A DNA stretch of 64,000 bases from assembly GCA_018304145.1 (NCBI GenBank), contig JAGVWU010000001.1:144-64143 (forward strand), read 5' to 3'. This DNA comes from Candidatus Pacearchaeota archaeon. GTDB lineage: Archaea > Nanobdellota > Nanobdellia > Pacearchaeales > GW2011-AR1. The position numbers were made by a program, and so were the translations under genes. Under the pieces are notes generated by a model. The model was not told where the DNA came from. It saw only the letters and a list, made by a program, of their open reading frames with translations, and did not search any database. Below are positions 27,862 through 36,988 of the stretch, in pieces. Numbering within the stretch: position 1 is the stretch's first letter; each line of letters starts with the position of its first letter.

Positions 27862-30621
27862 ATGATAAATAAAAAAATATTAATTTTATTTGTATTTTTA
27901 TTAATCATATTTGAAATATTCCTAATAAGCTCTTCTGAAAATGAGGATAAAATAGACTCTCATGTGTATGAGAGTTTAAAAGAAGATTATGAAGCGAAAG
28001 TAATTATTGAAATAAAGAATATTTCTTCTGAAATAGAAAAAAGAGATATTAAAAAAGATATTGAAGAAAAAATTGATGATAAAATAAAACATGATTTTGG
28101 AGACGAGATTGCTGTAGAAGTTTCAAAAGAAGAATTAATTGAATTAAAAAACAATCCTAATGTTGAGTCCATAAAATTGGACAAGCCCATAAGGGCTTTT
28201 TTAACAGATTCTGTTCCTTTGATAAATGCAAGCGCTGTCTGGCCGATAAAAATCAATAATTTTAATATAACTGGAATTGATGAAACTATCTGTATAATAG
28301 ACACTGGAATTAATTTTGCTCATTCTGATTTAATTGGGAAAAACAAGACCTGCATAATTGATTGTGTTGGAAAAGCATGTGTTGAAAACTGTTTAATTGC
28401 AGATGATAATGGACATGGAACTCATGTAGCAGGCATTGTTGCTGCAAATGGTGTTGCAAAAGGTGTTGCTGTTGGAGCTAATTTAATAGGGGTAAAGGCC
28501 TTGAATTCAGCTGGAGAAGGAAGCTCCAGTGATATTGATGCTGGAATTGATTGGTGCATTGCAAACGCAAATGCTTATAATATTTCTGTTATAAGCATGA
28601 GTTTAGGAACTGATTGTGATTTAACCCCCCAATATTGCTATAATGTTTATTGTGATTATGACTGGACAAGCACTGGAATAAAAATAGATAATGCAACTTC
28701 AAAAAATATTTCAGTTATAATAGCAACTGGGAATGATGGAAAAACAATAAATATTTCTGCCCCGGCCTGTATTAAAAACGCGACTGCTGTTGCTGCTACA
28801 AATAAAGATGATACAATTGCAAGTTATTCCAATAGAAACAGTCTTGTTGATTTTATTGCTCCTGGAACAAGCATAAGTTCAACAAGCAGTTCAGAAGGAT
28901 ATATCACTTATAGCGGAACATCCATGGCAGTCCCTCATGTTGCAGGAGCTTTTGCATTAATAAGAGAATTTTTCAGATTGCAGTATAACAGAAAACCAAC
29001 TTCTTTTGAAATATTAAAATTATTAAATTCAACTGGAAAATGGATAAATGATACTAGTGGAAACGGATTGAATTATTCAAGAGTTAATGTTTATTCTGCT
29101 TTAATTTCCAATGACAGCTCTGCTCCTTCTGTTAACTTAATTACTCCAACGAATGGAACCACCCAATTCAATACAAGTGTAAATTTAAGATGCAATGCTA
29201 ATGATGTCCTTTTATCAAATCTAAGTTTGTATGTATGGAATTCAACTAATAATGTTGTGAATATAACGAATCATACAACTATTGGCATAAACGCAGACGA
29301 GCAATTTATTTTGAATCTAAGTTATGGAGATTATAAATGGAATTGTCTTGCTTATGACAGCAAATCAAAATCAAGTTTTGCTGTATCAAATTTAAGCTTA
29401 ACAATTAGTGGATTAAGAGTTAATTTGATTTTTCCTTCAAATAATATTTATACAAATCAGAACAGAACCTTTAATTGCTCTGCAGAAACAGAATCTTCAA
29501 AAGCATTATCAAATATCACTTTTAATGTTTGGAATTCTTCTATGAATTTGATTTTTAATTCCACCAAGAATATTTCAGGAATTTCTAACTCTACTCTTTT
29601 TTATTATAATTTTACAAATGAAACAAGTTATTACTGGAACTGCAGGATATCTGATAATAATTCTGATTCGGTTTTTGGTGAATCCAATTTTACAATAGTT
29701 TATGACATAACAAAGCCGGATATTGGCATAATCAGCCCTGCTGACTCTTCATCATATAGTTCAAACTCCCAGTCAATAGATTTTAATTATAATGTTTCTG
29801 ATAATTACAATATTGCAAACTGCAGCTTGATTGTTAATAATGTTGCTAGTCTGACAAATTCATCTATAAACAATTTATCTTTAACACAAATTTTTACTCA
29901 GAGTTTTTCTCCTGGAAATTATAATTGGTCAATAAATTGCACTGATTTCTCTGGAAATTCAGAGAATTCCACTAATAGAAGTTTTTCAATCATCACTCCT
30001 CCAGCTCAGGTTGTTACAGCTTCTGGCGGTGGAGGCGGAGGAGGAAGCCCCTCAACCTTATATAAAACATACAATCCAAATATATCAGAAACTTCGGTTG
30101 GCTATACAAAAGAATTAAGCAAAAATGATAAAATACAATTTTCGTTCTTTGATTCAAACTCTATAAAACACACTTTGACTATAAATGAAATCAAGGCAGA
30201 TTCTGTGAATATAACAATTAAAAGCAATCCTCTTAATTTTTTGCTTGGAATAGGGCAGAGTATTAAATTGAATTTAAGTTCTGCTGATTATTATGATTTG
30301 TATATCAAATTAGACCTTATTGAAAATAATAAAGCCAAAATTACAATACAGACAATTCAGGAACAGATTCCTAAAATAAAGCAGCAGCCTGAAATCAGCG
30401 GAAATAATATAAAAGAAACTGAGAAACAATCTGAAGAGAATATAGATTATTTGAATAAGCAGATAAAAATTATCAAAATTTTCTTTTTTTCTGTTGTGAT
30501 AATATTTATAATAGTTATTGCATTGATATTATTGATTAAAAGAAAGCAAAATAAAAATAAAAAGAGCAAGATTAAAGAATATAAGGATGTATTTAATAAT
30601 CATCTTAAACCTAGAAAATGA
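27862..30621 (+). CDS. subtilisin-like serine protease (S8), cell-anchored
   Basis: Signal peptide. Catalytic triad boxes ICIIDTGINFAHSDL (Asp), HGTHVAGIVAA (His) and GTSMAVPHVAG (Ser). Repeated ~90-aa Ig/PKD-like modules, a GGGGGGGS linker and a C-terminal TM anchor with a basic tail. Confidence 0.85.
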   Translation: MINKKILILFVFLLIIFEIFLISSSENEDKIDSHVYESLKEDYEAKVIIEIKNISSEIEKRDIKKDIEEKIDDKIKHDFGDEIAVEVSKEELIELKNNPNVESIKLDKPIRAFLTDSVPLINASAVWPIKINNFNITGIDETICIIDTGINFAHSDLIGKNKTCIIDCVGKACVENCLIADDNGHGTHVAGIVAANGVAKGVAVGANLIGVKALNSAGEGSSSDIDAGIDWCIANANAYNISVISMSLGTDCDLTPQYCYNVYCDYDWTSTGIKIDNATSKNISVIIATGNDGKTINISAPACIKNATAVAATNKDDTIASYSNRNSLVDFIAPGTSISSTSSSEGYITYSGTSMAVPHVAGAFALIREFFRLQYNRKPTSFEILKLLNSTGKWINDTSGNGLNYSRVNVYSALISNDSSAPSVNLITPTNGTTQFNTSVNLRCNANDVLLSNLSLYVWNSTNNVVNITNHTTIGINADEQFILNLSYGDYKWNCLAYDSKSKSSFAVSNLSLTISGLRVNLIFPSNNIYTNQNRTFNCSAETESSKALSNITFNVWNSSMNLIFNSTKNISGISNSTLFYYNFTNETSYYWNCRISDNNSDSVFGESNFTIVYDITKPDIGIISPADSSSYSSNSQSIDFNYNVSDNYNIANCSLIVNNVASLTNSSINNLSLTQIFTQSFSPGNYNWSINCTDFSGNSENSTNRSFSIITPPAQVVTASGGGGGGGSPSTLYKTYNPNISETSVGYTKELSKNDKIQFSFFDSNSIKHTLTINEIKADSVNITIKSNPLNFLLGIGQSIKLNLSSADYYDLYIKLDLIENNKAKITIQTIQEQIPKIKQQPEISGNNIKETEKQSEENIDYLNKQIKIIKIFFFSVVIIFIIVIALILLIKRKQNKNKKSKIKEYKDVFNNHLKPRK

Positions 30622-30788
30622 AAGATTGTTCGCTTTACGACTCAACTAATGATGCTCGATTGTTTCCTCTTGCTCAACAATCTCGCTGATTTTTATTATT
30701 AATGATTTTTTTAACTCGACATCTAAGATGAAGAGCAAATTAAAGATAAGTAATTTATATAAACATCAATTAACTCTTTTTAATAAAG

Positions 30789-31067
30789 ATGAAACCACTA
30801 AAACCATCCCACAGAGAAAAGAAAAGATATATTTTGATTAAAGGCAGGGATGCTGACAAGAAAAATATTGATGAAGTTATTCTTGAATTTATAGGGGTTC
30901 TTGGTTATGCCGAAGCTTCGCCTAAAATTATAAAATCTGAAAAAGATAAGATTGTTTTAGCTGTAAACAGAGGAAGCTTGAACAAAATAAGGGCAAGTTT
31001 TTTAACCAGCAACAAAGATTTAAGAATTGAAAAAGTGAGTGGGAGTGTGGGAAAGGTGAAGAATTAA
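30789..31067 (+). CDS. RNase P protein subunit Pop5-like (tentative)
   Basis: N-terminal KPSHREKKRYILIKG resembles the Pop5 N-terminus (LPPS.R.K.RYI.F.I). Its position just upstream of psmA matches the archaeal exosome/proteasome superoperon. At 92 aa it is shorter than typical Pop5. Confidence 0.35.
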   Translation: MKPLKPSHREKKRYILIKGRDADKKNIDEVILEFIGVLGYAEASPKIIKSEKDKIVLAVNRGSLNKIRASFLTSNKDLRIEKVSGSVGKVKN

Positions 31068-31636
31068 GCGCTTGTTCTTGAGAAATCAAATAAAATTTTA
31101 AATTCATGAAAATCTTTTAAGCTGTAAAAGTTATCGCATCTTCTTGCAAGATGCTTGTCTCCAATACAAGCTGCGCAATTATTTTCAAGATCTATAAGGG
31201 GCAAATGAGTTCTTGTTTTTTTTTCAACCCTAATTTTATGACCGCAAATTTCATCAACAACATAAGTTATGCTTACATAATGCTCACATCCTTGATTTTC
31301 TTTTCCTGAACATTCCAAACATTTTGCATCTCCTTTTGATAATTGCATCCTTAAATCCCTTTTTCTTTTTGCTCTGCACCTTAGTGCACAAGTTCTATCA
31401 TAATAATCTTCACAATCTACATAAAAACTACAAGGATTTACAGAAACTTCTGCAGGATCTTCAGATTGTCCAGAGCTATTTGCTCCGTTGCATTGAAAGG
31501 CGCATTTATAGTTTATTGGTTCAAGATGGGATTTATGTAATAATCTTAAGTTATATATACATCTTCCAGAATTAATTTCTCTCGTTCCATGGTAAGTCCC
31601 TATAGTCTCTTCTGTAACCATTTCAAGCACTCTTTT
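31064..31636 (-). CDS. Cys-rich putative metal-binding protein
   Basis: More than 20 Cys in CxxC / CxC clusters (CAFQCNG, CALRCRAK, CLECSG, CAACIG). No radical-SAM CxxxCxxC. Start placed at internal MKRVLEM because the sequence upstream of it is AT-rich and promoter-like. Confidence 0.35.
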   Translation of the reverse strand, partial: KRVLEMVTEETIGTYHGTREINSGRCIYNLRLLHKSHLEPINYKCAFQCNGANSSGQSEDPAEVSVNPCSFYVDCEDYYDRTCALRCRAKRKRDLRMQLSKGDAKCLECSGKENQGCEHYVSITYVVDEICGHKIRVEKKTRTHLPLIDLENNCAACIGDKHLARRCDNFYSLKDFHEFKILFDFSRTSA

Positions 31637-31825
31637 CATATAATTTAAAAAAGAGAGTATATAATCATTTCTATAATTTATTGAGATAGGGGGTAAATTC
31701 GAAACCTTTAAAAATACACTTTTCTTACAATTTTTCGTAAGGAGAAACAAATAAGTTTCATTAACAAAGAAGAAATTCTTTATTATTTTCTTTGAATGAA
31801 ACAAAAATGATTATATTTAAGAAAA

Positions 31826-32545
31826 ATGGAAATACCAGACATGCAACATCAAGTAATGGGTTATGATAGAAGCGCAACCATGTTCTCGCCTGACGGGCAT
31901 ATTCTTCAGGTTGAATATGCTGAAAAAACTGTCAGATTAGGAACAGCAAGCATTGGAATAAATTGTTCAGATGGTGTATTAATAGTTGCTGACAAAGGAG
32001 TAAAAGACAGTTTGATTGTTCCTGAATCTGCTGACAAAATTTATGAAATAGATGAACATGTGATGGCAAGTGCTGCTGGATTTATCAGTGATGCAAGAAT
32101 TTTAATAAATCACATAAGAGTTTCTGCACAACAACACAGAGTTACTTACGATTCTCCTATTGATGTTGAAACAGTCATAAGGGAAATTGCAGACATTCAG
32201 CAGCAATATACGCAGCATCCGGGGGTAAGGCCTTTTGGAGTAGCGATAATAATTGCTGGAATTCAGGGCGGAGAATCAAAACTCTACACAAGCAATATAA
32301 CTGGAAATTATTTTGAATATCATGCTGTTGCAATTGGGGAAAATGATGAAAAAATAAAGGAAATCCTGAGAAAAAAATTCAGAAAAGATATGAAAATTGA
32401 AGAGGGAATAAAATTAAGCTTTGAAATTTTCAAGGAGATTATGAAAGACAAGTTTGATATAAATAGATTTAATGTTGTATATATAAATAAGGATGAAAAT
32501 AAACTTAAAAAATTAAAAACAGAGGATTTTAAGAAGTTTGAATAA
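31826..32545 (+). CDS. psmA: proteasome alpha subunit
   Basis: YDRSATMFSPDGHILQVEYA alpha-subunit signature. 239 aa. Confidence 0.9.
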   Translation: MEIPDMQHQVMGYDRSATMFSPDGHILQVEYAEKTVRLGTASIGINCSDGVLIVADKGVKDSLIVPESADKIYEIDEHVMASAAGFISDARILINHIRVSAQQHRVTYDSPIDVETVIREIADIQQQYTQHPGVRPFGVAIIIAGIQGGESKLYTSNITGNYFEYHAVAIGENDEKIKEILRKKFRKDMKIEEGIKLSFEIFKEIMKDKFDINRFNVVYINKDENKLKKLKTEDFKKFE

Positions 32546-32546
32546 G

Positions 32547-32804
32547 ATGAGACAAAGATTAGAAGTAAAATTATTGATAGGAAATAAAACCATTGTTGAT
32601 TTACAGGCTGAAACTGTTATTTCTCAAAGTTCTCCTGCAAATCCAATTAATATACTAAATATAGAAAAAGGTATTGATTTTGTAACTTCATATCAGCCTT
32701 TCAATGGAGTTCAAGATTTATATTTAAAATTAAGTAGGAAGGGTGAAGAAAGATCGCCTCAACATTACCAAATTCAAATTAAAGTAAAACCTAAAATAAA
32801 TTAA
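32547..32804 (+). CDS. small hypothetical protein inserted between psmA and SBDS gene
   Basis: 85-aa ORF that starts 2 nt after the psmA stop and ends 1 nt before the SBDS start. Composition is not low-complexity. No family recognised. Confidence 0.35.
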   Translation: MRQRLEVKLLIGNKTIVDLQAETVISQSSPANPINILNIEKGIDFVTSYQPFNGVQDLYLKLSRKGEERSPQHYQIQIKVKPKIN

Positions 32805-32805
32805 A

Positions 32806-33483
32806 ATGACCGACGTAATTTGCAGATACAAATCAGAGAAATTGAATTTTGAAACAATGGTAAATCTGGAAAATGCAATGAAAATGAAAAGGGGAGAGAA
32901 AATAAATATTAATGACGTTATTAGAGACAGGTTTGTTTATACTGACTTGAAAAAAGGCATGAGAGCAGGTTCTCCTGAAATGGAAAATGTTTTTGGAACA
33001 ACTGACTTTTTGCAGATTATGCAAAAGATTATCCAAAAAGGGCAATTAGAAACAACACAAGAATTTAGAGATGAAGCTCTTGAAACAAGAAGAAAACAAG
33101 TTGTGGAATTTTTATCTAAAAATGCAATGGATGCAAGAACTCTTCGACCTTTTACACCTGACATGATTGCAAATGCTATAAAAGAAGCAGGCGTTAAAAT
33201 TGACAACCAGTCTGTTGAAAAACAAATTGGAAGAATTATCGAGGAATTAAAAAAAATAATTCCAATCAAAATTGCAACCAAGAAAATAAGGATTAAGATA
33301 CCTCCTCAGTTCACTGGACAAACCTATGGCTTGGTTAATGAATACAAGGAGAAAGAAGAATGGTTTGCTGATGGAAATTTAGAGGTAGTTTTAAATATTC
33401 CAGTTGGCTTGCAGACAGAGTTTTATGATAAATTAAATTCCATAACACATGGAGCTGCTTTAACAAGCGAGATAAAAGAATAA
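32806..33483 (+). CDS. SBDS/Sdo1 family ribosome maturation protein
   Basis: MTDVICRYKS...VFGTTDFLQIMQKIIQKGQLETT matches the COG1500/SBDS N-terminal FYSH domain pattern. 225 aa. Canonical position after psmA. Confidence 0.65.
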   Translation: MTDVICRYKSEKLNFETMVNLENAMKMKRGEKININDVIRDRFVYTDLKKGMRAGSPEMENVFGTTDFLQIMQKIIQKGQLETTQEFRDEALETRRKQVVEFLSKNAMDARTLRPFTPDMIANAIKEAGVKIDNQSVEKQIGRIIEELKKIIPIKIATKKIRIKIPPQFTGQTYGLVNEYKEKEEWFADGNLEVVLNIPVGLQTEFYDKLNSITHGAALTSEIKE

Positions 33484-33627
33484 AATGATATCATTAATTA
33501 ATAAAACAATTAAAAGTGAAAAAATAGAAAGCCTAAGTTATGAATTGTAGGCAGAAATAAAAACAAATCACAGAAGCCACAAATTATTAAAATTAAACAT
33601 TACTAAAGATTAGAATAAAACAGTAAA

Positions 33628-34344
33628 ATGATATACAAAACAGAAGAAACAGAAAGTGAAAATAAGTTTGAAGAAAAAGAAACAAAAACAGAAAGAAGAC
33701 TGGTTATTCCCGGGGAAACTGTTGTCAGCGGTGAAGATTATCTTCCAGGAGATTTTACTAAAAAAGAAGGAAATGAAATTATTGCAAACAGATATGGGCT
33801 GGCTGAAATATCTGGAAGAGTTGTTAAAATAATTCCTATTTCAGGTGTTTTTGAGCCAAGAAGAGGAAATAATGTCATAGGCAGAGTCGAAGATATTAAT
33901 TTTTCCGGATGGATGATTGATATTGGAGGGCCTTATTCTTCATTCTTGCCTTTAATGGAATGCCCAAGATTCATAAACAGAAATAATATTGCTGAATTTG
34001 CAAATATTGGGGATGTCATTCATGCAAAAATACTAGGAGTCAAGAAAAGTGGAGCTGATTTAACTTTGAAATCAAGAGGATTAGGACCTTTAGAAGATGG
34101 AAGATTAATAAAAATAAATCCTCATAAAGTTCCAAGAGTAATTGGAAAAGAAGGAAGCATGATTAATATGATAAAGGATAATACAAAAACAGAAATAACA
34201 GTAGGGCAGAATGGATTCATATGGATAAAAGGAGAATTAGATGGAGAAGAAAAAGCTGAAAAATCAATCAATTTAATTGTTGAAGAATCTTCAAATGCAG
34301 GCTTGACTGAAAAAGTTGAAAAATTTCTTGGAGGGAAGAAATAA
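33628..34344 (+). CDS. rrp4: exosome RNA-binding subunit Rrp4 (S1 + KH)
   Basis: VIPGETV..GEDYLPG N-terminal domain, S1-like middle (GRVVKIIPISG...GNNVIGRV) and C-terminal KH GxxG (VIGKEGSMINMI). Canonical superoperon position. Confidence 0.75.
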   Translation: MIYKTEETESENKFEEKETKTERRLVIPGETVVSGEDYLPGDFTKKEGNEIIANRYGLAEISGRVVKIIPISGVFEPRRGNNVIGRVEDINFSGWMIDIGGPYSSFLPLMECPRFINRNNIAEFANIGDVIHAKILGVKKSGADLTLKSRGLGPLEDGRLIKINPHKVPRVIGKEGSMINMIKDNTKTEITVGQNGFIWIKGELDGEEKAEKSINLIVEESSNAGLTEKVEKFLGGKK

Positions 34345-34345
34345 A

Positions 34346-34537
34346 ATGGAACAAAAAAGAAAAAATTATTCATTATTTACGACTTATGATGGTAGAGGGA
34401 GAAGAGATATTGTATATCGTGAAGTTCGTGAAGGAACTGATAAAGTTTTTAATCAACCCACTGATTCAAGAGGAAAAAAATTATGTTCAAATGATCCTCA
34501 AATAAGATTAACTTTAGAGGTAAGAAATTGGATTTAA
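34346..34537 (+). CDS. small ORF between rrp4 and rrp41 (tentative)
   Basis: 63-aa ORF (MEQKRKNYS...) exactly filling the rrp4-rrp41 gap. Its stop abuts the rrp41 start. No motif recognised. Confidence 0.25.
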   Translation: MEQKRKNYSLFTTYDGRGRRDIVYREVREGTDKVFNQPTDSRGKKLCSNDPQIRLTLEVRNWI

Positions 34538-34538
34538 A

Positions 34539-35249
34539 ATGCCATACACAAAACGACCTGATAAGAGAAAATTTGATGAACTTAGGCCTATCAAAGCAGA
34601 AGTTGGAGTAATTCCAAATGCTGATGGAAGTGCTCTGTTTGCATTTGGTGGAACAGTTGCAATTGCTGCAATTTATGGTCCAAAACCATTGCATCCTCAG
34701 CATATGCAAGAACCTGACAGAGGAATTATAAGATGCAATTACAATATGCTTCCATTCTCGGTAACTGAAAGAGCAAAACCAGGACCAAACAGAAGGAGCA
34801 AAGAAATTTCAATGGTTGCTGGAAACGCATTAGCAAGTGTTGTTGATTTAACAAGATTTCCTGGAACTGTAATTGATGTTGATATATTAATTTTGCAGGC
34901 AAATGCTTCAACAAGATGCGCAGGAATAAATGCGGCTGCAATGGCATTGGCTCATGCAGGCATTGTTATGAAAGAAATGGTATCCAGTGTTTCAATTGGA
35001 AAAATCGATGATAAAATTGTTGTTGATTTAATAAAAGAAGAAGAAGATTGGGAAGAAGGAGAAGGTGCAACGGATATTCCATTTACAATGACCTCGAGGA
35101 CTCATCAGATAACTCATTTGCAATTAGATGGAAAAATACAAACTCATAGATTCAAAGAAGCAATGGAAGCTGCGAAAGAGGCTTGCAAGAAAATATTAAA
35201 ATATCAGGAAAGAGCATTGAAAGGAGAGAAGATTGATGAGACTAAATAA
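34539..35249 (+). CDS. rrp41: exosome catalytic subunit Rrp41 (RNase PH-like)
   Basis: KRPDKRKFDELRPIKAEVGVIPNADGSALFAFGGTVAIAAIYGPKP is a near-textbook archaeal Rrp41 N-terminus. 236 aa. Confidence 0.85.
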   Translation: MPYTKRPDKRKFDELRPIKAEVGVIPNADGSALFAFGGTVAIAAIYGPKPLHPQHMQEPDRGIIRCNYNMLPFSVTERAKPGPNRRSKEISMVAGNALASVVDLTRFPGTVIDVDILILQANASTRCAGINAAAMALAHAGIVMKEMVSSVSIGKIDDKIVVDLIKEEEDWEEGEGATDIPFTMTSRTHQITHLQLDGKIQTHRFKEAMEAAKEACKKILKYQERALKGEKIDETK

Positions 35250-35250
35250 A

Positions 35251-35565
35251 ATGGCCAAATATCAACAAGTAATAAGAGAACAATTAGAAAGAATGAATCC
35301 AGATGAATTAATGGCTCAATATCATTCATTAATTGATGTTTTCAAAGAAACAAGAGGAATTCCATTTGAAAGAAATCCTCAAACTCCAAGAGAAGAATTA
35401 ATTAGATTAATAGAAGCTGGACAAAGAAATTATTTAAAAGGTGAGATTACTGAGAGAAATATTTTAGATAGTTTAGATGTTTTAGCAGATCAATTAGTAG
35501 AATGGGGCGAAAGAACTGGAATGTCAGATAAACCTATTTTGGTTTCAGGAGGGCAAACACAATGA
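35251..35565 (+). CDS. hypothetical protein inserted between rrp41 and rrp42
   Basis: About 104 aa (MAKYQQVIREQLERMNPDEL...). It starts 2 nt after the rrp41 stop, and its TGA stop overlaps the rrp42 ATG (ATGA). It is Q/E/R-rich, unlike the surrounding K/N-rich proteins. No family recognised. Confidence 0.45.
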   Translation: MAKYQQVIREQLERMNPDELMAQYHSLIDVFKETRGIPFERNPQTPREELIRLIEAGQRNYLKGEITERNILDSLDVLADQLVEWGERTGMSDKPILVSGGQTQ

Positions 35566-36389
35566 AACTACCAAACATAAATAAAAGACGAATCATAACA
35601 CTTTTGAAAGAAGGAAAAAGATTAGATGGAAGAAAACCATTTGAACTTAGAGACATTGATATTGAAACTAGAGTTTCAATTAATGCTGAAGGAACTTCTC
35701 GTGTTAAAATAGGAAAAACAGAAGTTATTGTTGGTGTAAAAATGGACGTGCAAGAGCCGTATCCTGACCATGAAGACCAGGGAACAATGATAACATCAAT
35801 GGAATTTTCAGCTGCTTCTGGAGAGAGGCATGAATCAGGGCCTCCTCAAATGGATTCAATCGAAGTTGCAAGAGTTGTTGACAGAGGAATAAGAGAAAGC
35901 GGTTTCATTGACTGGAAAAAATTATGCATTAAAGAAGGAGAAAAAGTCTGGAGTGTTTTGATTGATATTTATTGCATTAATGATGATGGAAATGCTATGG
36001 ATGCAAGTGCTTTAGGAGCTGTTGCTGCATTAAAAGTTGCAAGATTTCCTGTGTATGATGAAAAAGAAGAAAGAGTAAAATTTGGAGAATTTACAGATAC
36101 TCCCTTACCATTGACTGAAAAACTGCCATTAACTTTAACTTTCCATAAAATAGGGGATAAATTAGTATTAGACCCAAATAGAGATGAAGAAGACTCTAGT
36201 GATGCAAGAATTACTTTAGCAGTTTCTTCTGTAAAAAAGGAAAAAATGATAAATGCAATGCAAAAAGGCGGAATAACTCCTTTTACAATTGAAGAAATGG
36301 AAAATGTTATTGAAGAAATTGAAAAAGCTTACGATAAGATATTGGCTGAAATAGAAAAAAAGATTAAACATATACTTAAGGAAAAGTAA
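35562..36389 (+). CDS. rrp42: exosome subunit Rrp42 (inactive RNase PH-like)
   Basis: KRRIITLLKEGKRLDGRKPFELRDIDIETRVSINAEGTSRVKIGKTEVIVGVK is typical of the archaeal Rrp42 N-terminus. 275 aa. Confidence 0.8.
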   Translation: MKLPNINKRRIITLLKEGKRLDGRKPFELRDIDIETRVSINAEGTSRVKIGKTEVIVGVKMDVQEPYPDHEDQGTMITSMEFSAASGERHESGPPQMDSIEVARVVDRGIRESGFIDWKKLCIKEGEKVWSVLIDIYCINDDGNAMDASALGAVAALKVARFPVYDEKEERVKFGEFTDTPLPLTEKLPLTLTFHKIGDKLVLDPNRDEEDSSDARITLAVSSVKKEKMINAMQKGGITPFTIEEMENVIEEIEKAYDKILAEIEKKIKHILKEK

Positions 36390-36407
36390 GTTTTATAAAG
36401 ATATATT

Positions 36408-36863
36408 TTGGAGTATAATAATATGGTAATTGAAAAACTCGAATTAAAATTTACAAAATATGAAATTGCAAGAATTTTAGGAGCTAGAAGTCTGCAATTA
36501 GCAATGGATGCTCCAATCCTTTTAAAATTAACAAAAGAAGAGGAAGAAGAATTAAATTATGATACCTTAAAAATAGCTGAAAAAGAGCTTGAGGCAGGTG
36601 TCCTTCCAATCACTGTAAAAAGGCCTTTACCTAAAAAATCAGAAAAAATAGTTAAAAAACTATCTGAAAAAGAAATAAAAGAAAAACTAGAAAAACAAGC
36701 TGAAGAAGAAAAAAAGCAAATGGAAGAGGAAAAAGAAGGGGTAAAAAATGAAGAAAAAGAGGAAAAAGAAATTACAGAAGAAGGGGAAATAATGGAAATA
36801 GCCAACCCCGAAGACGAAGCATTTTCAGAAAGTGAGAGTGAAAGTGAAGAAGAAATTGTTTAG
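36408..36863 (+). CDS. rpoK: RNA polymerase subunit Rpo6/RpoK with long K/E-rich acidic C-terminal extension
   Basis: KFTKYEIARILGARSLQLAMDAPILL matches the Rpo6/RPB6 core (TKYE.ARI.GARALQ). About 85 extra residues of KE-rich and acidic tail follow. Confidence 0.65.
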   Translation: MEYNNMVIEKLELKFTKYEIARILGARSLQLAMDAPILLKLTKEEEEELNYDTLKIAEKELEAGVLPITVKRPLPKKSEKIVKKLSEKEIKEKLEKQAEEEKKQMEEEKEGVKNEEKEEKEITEEGEIMEIANPEDEAFSESESESEEEIV

Positions 36864-36895
36864 TTCTTAGAATATAATTTATTCTGTTAAAATAT

Positions 36896-36925
36896 TTGTG
36901 GGGGGGTATTAATCCTTAGGATTAA
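36896..36925. repeat. TTGTGGGGGGGTA + 17-bp perfect palindrome TTAATCCTTAGGATTAA (copy A, putative recombination site)
   Basis: Palindrome at 36909-36925, preceded by a G7 run. The same palindrome recurs at 37894-37910. Confidence 0.6.
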
Positions 36926-36988
36926 GTTAGCTACATAAACCGAATAACTATAAGCTATTTTAGTTCAGGTTACGAATGGAGCGGTGAA

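Noticed and set aside
31064-31804. Cys-rich protein as a radical-SAM enzyme
   Set aside because: No CxxxCxxC cluster and no glycine-rich SAM motif. The Cys spacing is CxxC/CxC-type, more like a zinc or Fe-S structural domain.
34346-34537. 63-aa ORF as a detached N-terminal fragment of Rrp41 (contains DGRGRRD, reminiscent of the Rrp41 DGR(K)xDELR start)
   Set aside because: The adjacent rrp41 already encodes a complete N-terminus (KRPDKRKFDELRPIK). The resemblance is limited to a few residues.
36909-36925. The TTAATCCTTAGGATTAA palindrome read as a tRNA anticodon stem-loop (5-bp stem, 7-nt loop, anticodon TTA), and the GTGGGGG runs read as tRNA acceptor stems
   Set aside because: Loop position 33 is C, not the near-universal U. 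No D-arm or T-arm (GTTCRAATC) can be placed at the right distances on either strand. The same 17-mer occurs twice within 1 kb, which fits a recombination site better than a tRNA.
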